DNA from: Candidatus Margulisiibacteriota bacterium
GTDB lineage: Bacteria > Margulisbacteria > WOR-1 > O2-12-FULL-45-9
Length of the DNA stretch: 12,024 bases
Assembly: GCA_043816785.1 (NCBI GenBank)
Contig: JBDRHP010000017.1
Location: forward strand, 1-12,024
Reading direction: 5' to 3'
A program made the position numbers and the translations under genes. Below, in pieces: positions 8,898-12,024 of the stretch. The stretch's first letter is position 1, and every line of letters begins with the position of its first letter. The notes under the pieces are model-generated. The model worked only from the letters and a program-made list of their open reading frames with translations, did no database searches and was not told the DNA's origin.

Positions 8898-9908
8898 TTA
8901 TTTTATCAGAGTTGCCAGCTGGCCGCAAGCAGCGGAAATGTCCTGGCCAAGGCTATTTCTAATGGTCACATTAATGCTCTGGTTGATCTTTTTCAATTTA
9001 GAACGAATTTGATCTACGTCTCCTGATTCAAAAACAGAACCTGGAGAATTATTATAGGGGATTAAATTGATATGGCTATCAAGCTTGTTGGCGATCTTAG
9101 CCAGCTCTTTTATATCGGCTTGACTGTCATTTACGCCTTTTAAGACCACATATTCAATGGTAATCCTTCGTTTGGTGGCCTTTTGATAATCTTTTAAAGC
9201 GGCAATTGTTTCTTCGATTGAAGCTAGGCCTTTGAAAGGGATGAGCTTCTTTCGCAGCGCATCGTTTGGAGCTACGAGAGACCAGGCCAGTCTAAGCTGT
9301 TTGCTTTCTTGGGCAAATTTGCGGATGCCAGCCAATATGCCAATAGTGGATAAGACGATTTTTCGGGAAGCAATGTTTTGACCAACTTCATTATTGAGGA
9401 TCTTAGCAGCCTTAATAACATTATCAAAGTTTAGAAAAGGCTCGCCCATGCCCATAAAAACAATATTTGATATTTTGTCTTTTTCAGCAAAGTAATAAAC
9501 TTGAGAAAGAATTTCCGCCGTAGTCAGGTTTCTAGCAAACCCCATAATGCCGGTGGCGCAAAACCCGCAGCCAATCGGGCAGCCGACCTGCGATGAAATG
9601 CAAAGAGTTTTTCTCTCTGGCCCGTAATCCATAAACACGGTTTCGACTATTTTTCCGTCATTAAGCAGGAATGAGACTTTTTTAACTTCTTGGCCTTCTT
9701 CAATCTTATGAGCGGCAATATTCGAGATGAAAAATAATCCTTTGAGTTTTTCTCTCTCAACAAGTTTTATGGTTGTAAGGTTTTCTAAGTCTTTTCCGAG
9801 TTTTTTGTGAATAAAACTATAGATTTCTTTGGCTTTAAACTTGGAAAAACCAAGTTCGTCGCATATCTCCTTGAGTTCTGCCAGGCTCTTTCCTTTTAGA
9901 TCGTTCAT
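8898..9908 (-). CDS. rlmN: RlmN-family radical SAM rRNA/tRNA adenine C2-methyltransferase (start revised to ATG at 9908)
   Basis: CISSQVGCPIGCGFCATG (CxxxCxxC), VFMGMGEP, IEYVVLKGVND, INLIPYN and DISAACGQL. The longer 9950 start overlaps the divergent gene; MNDLKG at 9908 is a more typical start. Confidence 0.88.
   Translation of the reverse strand: MNDLKGKSLAELKEICDELGFSKFKAKEIYSFIHKKLGKDLENLTTIKLVEREKLKGLFFISNIAAHKIEEGQEVKKVSFLLNDGKIVETVFMDYGPERKTLCISSQVGCPIGCGFCATGIMGFARNLTTAEILSQVYYFAEKDKISNIVFMGMGEPFLNFDNVIKAAKILNNEVGQNIASRKIVLSTIGILAGIRKFAQESKQLRLAWSLVAPNDALRKKLIPFKGLASIEETIAALKDYQKATKRRITIEYVVLKGVNDSQADIKELAKIANKLDSHINLIPYNNSPGSVFESGDVDQIRSKLKKINQSINVTIRNSLGQDISAACGQLATLIK
8900..8928 (-). 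promoter_or_regulatory. Possible leuCD promoter embedded in the 3' end of rlmN
   Basis: Minus strand TTGCGG (8928-8923), 17 nt spacer ending in TGA, TAAAAT (8905-8900), then 8 nt to the leuC ATG; no SD. Confidence 0.45.
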
Positions 9909-9943
9909 AATTGTAGTATAATAAATTTCTATGACGAAAGCAA
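9909..9943. promoter_or_regulatory. Bidirectional promoter with overlapping -10 elements
   Basis: AGTATAAT gives TATAAT on plus (9917-9922) and TATACT on minus (9920-9915). Minus strand TTGCTT (9943-9938) is 17 nt upstream of the TATACT. Confidence 0.6.
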
Positions 9944-10455
9944 AAGGCAAGATGTTTATCTCTGTTGTTGGCGAAAGTGACGCCTCGCGCCAGAATTATA
10001 AGCTGGCTGAGGAAGTTGGGCGGTTGATCGCCAAAGCAGGCGCTGTTTTGATCTGCGGTGGCCTAAAAGGAGTAATGGAAGCCGCGGCCAAGGGCGCTAA
10101 ATCTGCCGGTGGCTTGACCGTTGGTATTTTACCCGGCAGTCATCATGACCAAGCTAACCCCTATATTGATATTCCAATTGTAACAGGCCTTGGTTATGCC
10201 AGAAATAAACTGGTAGTCAAGACGGGTTACGCAGTAATTGCCATTGGTGGAAAATATGGCACATTGTCAGAAATTGCCTTTGCTCTAGGTTATGGGGTTC
10301 CAGTTGTTGGATTGGGAACTTGGGAGCTGATCAGGGGTAACGGCAAAGTTGACCAGGGGATAAATTACGTCCGTAGCGCTTCCGAGGCTGTTGAAACCGC
10401 TTTAAACTTGATCAAAAAGCAATATAAACCCCGCACTAAAGAACGAGGAATTTAA
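9931..10455 (+). CDS. TIGR00725 family protein (SLOG/LOG-like Rossmann-fold nucleotide-binding protein)
   Basis: ISVVG, LICGGLKGVMEAAAKGA, GLTVGILPG, ANPYIDIPIVTGLGYARN and GGKYGTLSEIAFAL motifs. Alternative start at ATG 9952 is possible. Confidence 0.9.
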   Translation: MTKAKGKMFISVVGESDASRQNYKLAEEVGRLIAKAGAVLICGGLKGVMEAAAKGAKSAGGLTVGILPGSHHDQANPYIDIPIVTGLGYARNKLVVKTGYAVIAIGGKYGTLSEIAFALGYGVPVVGLGTWELIRGNGKVDQGINYVRSASEAVETALNLIKKQYKPRTKERGI

Positions 10456-10476
10456 TACCTCGACAAAGCTCGGTAT
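10455..10476. repeat. Short imperfect palindrome between convergent genes (REP-like or terminator-like)
   Basis: ATACC-TCGACAAAGCTC-GGTAT: 5 bp closing stem around an imperfectly paired core, filling the 24 bp gap between two stop codons. Confidence 0.4.
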
Positions 10477-10479
10477 AAA

Positions 10480-11946
10480 CTACTGTTTTGTAAACCAGGT
10501 TTCCTCGCCGTTGCGCTGCCCATCTGAACTTTCTGCTACCGGAGTCACATAATAAGTTTCTGCGGTTACCGTGCTAAAAGAAAAGCTAAGCGTGCTGCCG
10601 CCAGAGTCTGTGACTGGAGTTTCGGTAACATTGCTTGGCACAAGATAGCGGCCGGCGCCAGCGTCATACTCTGAAGTCGCATACCTGACCGAGTAGTTTA
10701 GCCCAGCCAGAATATTGCCGTCTTCATCCAAGGGTTTGCTGAATTCGATATTTAGACTGGAAGCGGAATAAGTTACTGGATTACTGTTCGTGCCCAGGGT
10801 GGTTGACATTGTTGTGCCATTATAGTTTTCGATTTTTGACCAGTCGGTCAATACATAGCTGGTGGTGATAAAGAAGTCCTGACATCCTCCGCCGACAAAA
10901 TGCACGCGCACAGTAAAAACATCTCCCACAGTCATGATGGCTTTGGGGATTAACAAGACGGTCCATTGTTCTTGCGGCAAAGTAGTTGTTTTATATAAAT
11001 TATAATTAACGCTACTCCAGAGTGTGCCTTCAGCCGGGTAGCCGGTGGGCGAGCCCAGGGATGATGAATCCCAGATGATGGCTACGCTGTTGATCGTGGC
11101 CGGCACACCAATACACTCAACGCTGGCGATATCACTTTCATAACCTGATTTTGGGATAACGTGGATGCGCATCATGATCAGATCTTGGGCCGGAGAGGTT
11201 GTGCCGTGATCAGCCCAGATGTTACTGCTGATCATTACTGATTCAACTGTGTTGCTGGTGACAGTTGCGGCAGTTGGTGTGGACGCGACCCCGTTCCTGA
11301 TGCCGTCGTTATCTTCGTCAGCGTCAAAAAGATTAGGAATGCCGTCCTTATCCATGTCGCTGCCCGAGCGGGTAGTGATTCCCGTGAGCTGTGTTTTCCC
11401 AGTGTTGCCGGCACCTTTTGGCACCCCGCTGGTGGCTACGGCCGTATCCGTGGAATTAAGTATGGCGCTTGGCGCTCTGCTTGGTTGAGCATATGAATTT
11501 GATGTGTCGACAACTATTGTGCCCAGGTTGGTGTCAGTGGAAGGTGTTATCCCCATAACAACTTCTGAGCTGGAACTATCGCCTGCCATTACTACCGGAC
11601 CAAAATATTTTGCGTTGCCGTTGACCAGGCTGACTTGATAAGATGAGCCGGGCGGCACGCTGATCGAGAAATTACCAGCGGAATCACTGGCGCCATGATA
11701 GCTCTGGCCGCTGCTGTTATCGACCGCTACAACCGAATAATCTGGCACAGCCACAGTAAAGGTTGTGAGGCCGGCGCTGCTGATTGTGCCGGCGCCCAGT
11801 TGGCCGGAGAGGGCAATTGAGCCTGCTGAAGGTATAGTGGTAGTTGTGGTGGTGGGAGTTGTTTCCTGCTGGCCGCAACCCACCATAGCAATAATGATAA
11901 ATGAGCAAATGACAAATGACAAATGAAGGTACTTATTGTTAAACAT
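10480..11946 (-). CDS. Ser/Thr-rich surface lipoprotein of unknown function with Ca-binding Asp-rich repeat
   Basis: Signal peptide with lipobox AMVG-C, Thr-rich linker (ETTPTTTTTT), beta-rich domains and DMDKDGIPNLFDADEDNDGI (DxDxDG, TSP3-like). GGGAGG RBS 7 nt upstream. Confidence 0.85.
   Translation of the reverse strand: MFNNKYLHLSFVICSFIIIAMVGCGQQETTPTTTTTTIPSAGSIALSGQLGAGTISSAGLTTFTVAVPDYSVVAVDNSSGQSYHGASDSAGNFSISVPPGSSYQVSLVNGNAKYFGPVVMAGDSSSSEVVMGITPSTDTNLGTIVVDTSNSYAQPSRAPSAILNSTDTAVATSGVPKGAGNTGKTQLTGITTRSGSDMDKDGIPNLFDADEDNDGIRNGVASTPTAATVTSNTVESVMISSNIWADHGTTSPAQDLIMMRIHVIPKSGYESDIASVECIGVPATINSVAIIWDSSSLGSPTGYPAEGTLWSSVNYNLYKTTTLPQEQWTVLLIPKAIMTVGDVFTVRVHFVGGGCQDFFITTSYVLTDWSKIENYNGTTMSTTLGTNSNPVTYSASSLNIEFSKPLDEDGNILAGLNYSVRYATSEYDAGAGRYLVPSNVTETPVTDSGGSTLSFSFSTVTAETYYVTPVAESSDGQRNGEETWFTKQ
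11899..11926. repeat. Short heptamer tandem repeat (AAATGAC / TTTGTCA) in the lipoprotein signal-peptide coding region
   Basis: AAATGAGC-AAATGAC-AAATGAC-AAATGA on the plus strand; encodes part of HLSFVICSF. Confidence 0.6.
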
Positions 11947-11953
11947 GTTTATG

Positions 11954-12008
11954 CCTCCCTTTATTTATTTAGCTGATTGAATTATAATAGATACTAAGAG
12001 GTTGTCAA
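11954..12008 (-). promoter_or_regulatory. Consensus sigma70 promoter and RBS of the lipoprotein gene
   Basis: Minus strand TTGACA (12008-12003), 16 nt spacer, TATAAT (11986-11981); GGGAGG at 11959-11954. Confidence 0.8.
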
Positions 12009-12024
12009 TAAAGAATATGACCCA

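Noticed and set aside
8898..9908. Cfr antibiotic-resistance methyltransferase
   Set aside because: SQVGC and MGMGEP are RlmN-type rather than the Cfr-type SQCGC and MGMGEA; housekeeping context with no mobile element.
9909..9950. 14-codon N-terminal extension of rlmN given in the ORF track
   Set aside because: It overlaps the divergent gene and the promoter elements; the ATG at 9908 fits better.
1929..11915. Short alternative-frame and antisense ORFs (e.g. 1929-2222, 2628-2963, 3957-4235, 5643-6023, 8150-8533, 11219-11488)
   Set aside because: They are wholly or almost wholly nested in better-supported CDSs and have no recognisable motifs; treated as shadow ORFs.

Overview
Bacterial chromosomal window. 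A 16S rRNA gene lies on the minus strand (about 1441 down to the window edge, 3' tail cut off) with its sigma70-type promoter and a boxA/boxB-like leader. Housekeeping genes follow: an M23 peptidase, a stand-alone ThiD2-type protein, leuB, leuD, leuC, an rlmN-family gene, a TIGR00725/SLOG-family gene and a Ser/Thr-rich lipoprotein. Three divergent genes are interspersed among them: a receiver domain plus H-box-like protein, a CheD-like Cys/His deamidase and an HD-domain protein. The strongest unexplained signal is that these three genes are each preceded by the same bipartite motif, TGAAAT-N15-WCGAnAA, with identical spacing; I did not see it upstream of the housekeeping genes. It looks like an alternative-sigma promoter defining a dispersed regulon. 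Several genes appear leaderless, including a divergent pair separated by only 22 bp. The 16S gene is atypical: helix 6 nearly deleted, helix 44 shortened, a U19-A916 pseudoknot swap, G1192 and altered helix 27. This suggests a deep-branching uncultured lineage; Saganbacteria/WOR-1 or Margulisbacteria is my tentative, unverified guess. All E. coli numbering and family assignments come from reading by eye, not from searches.
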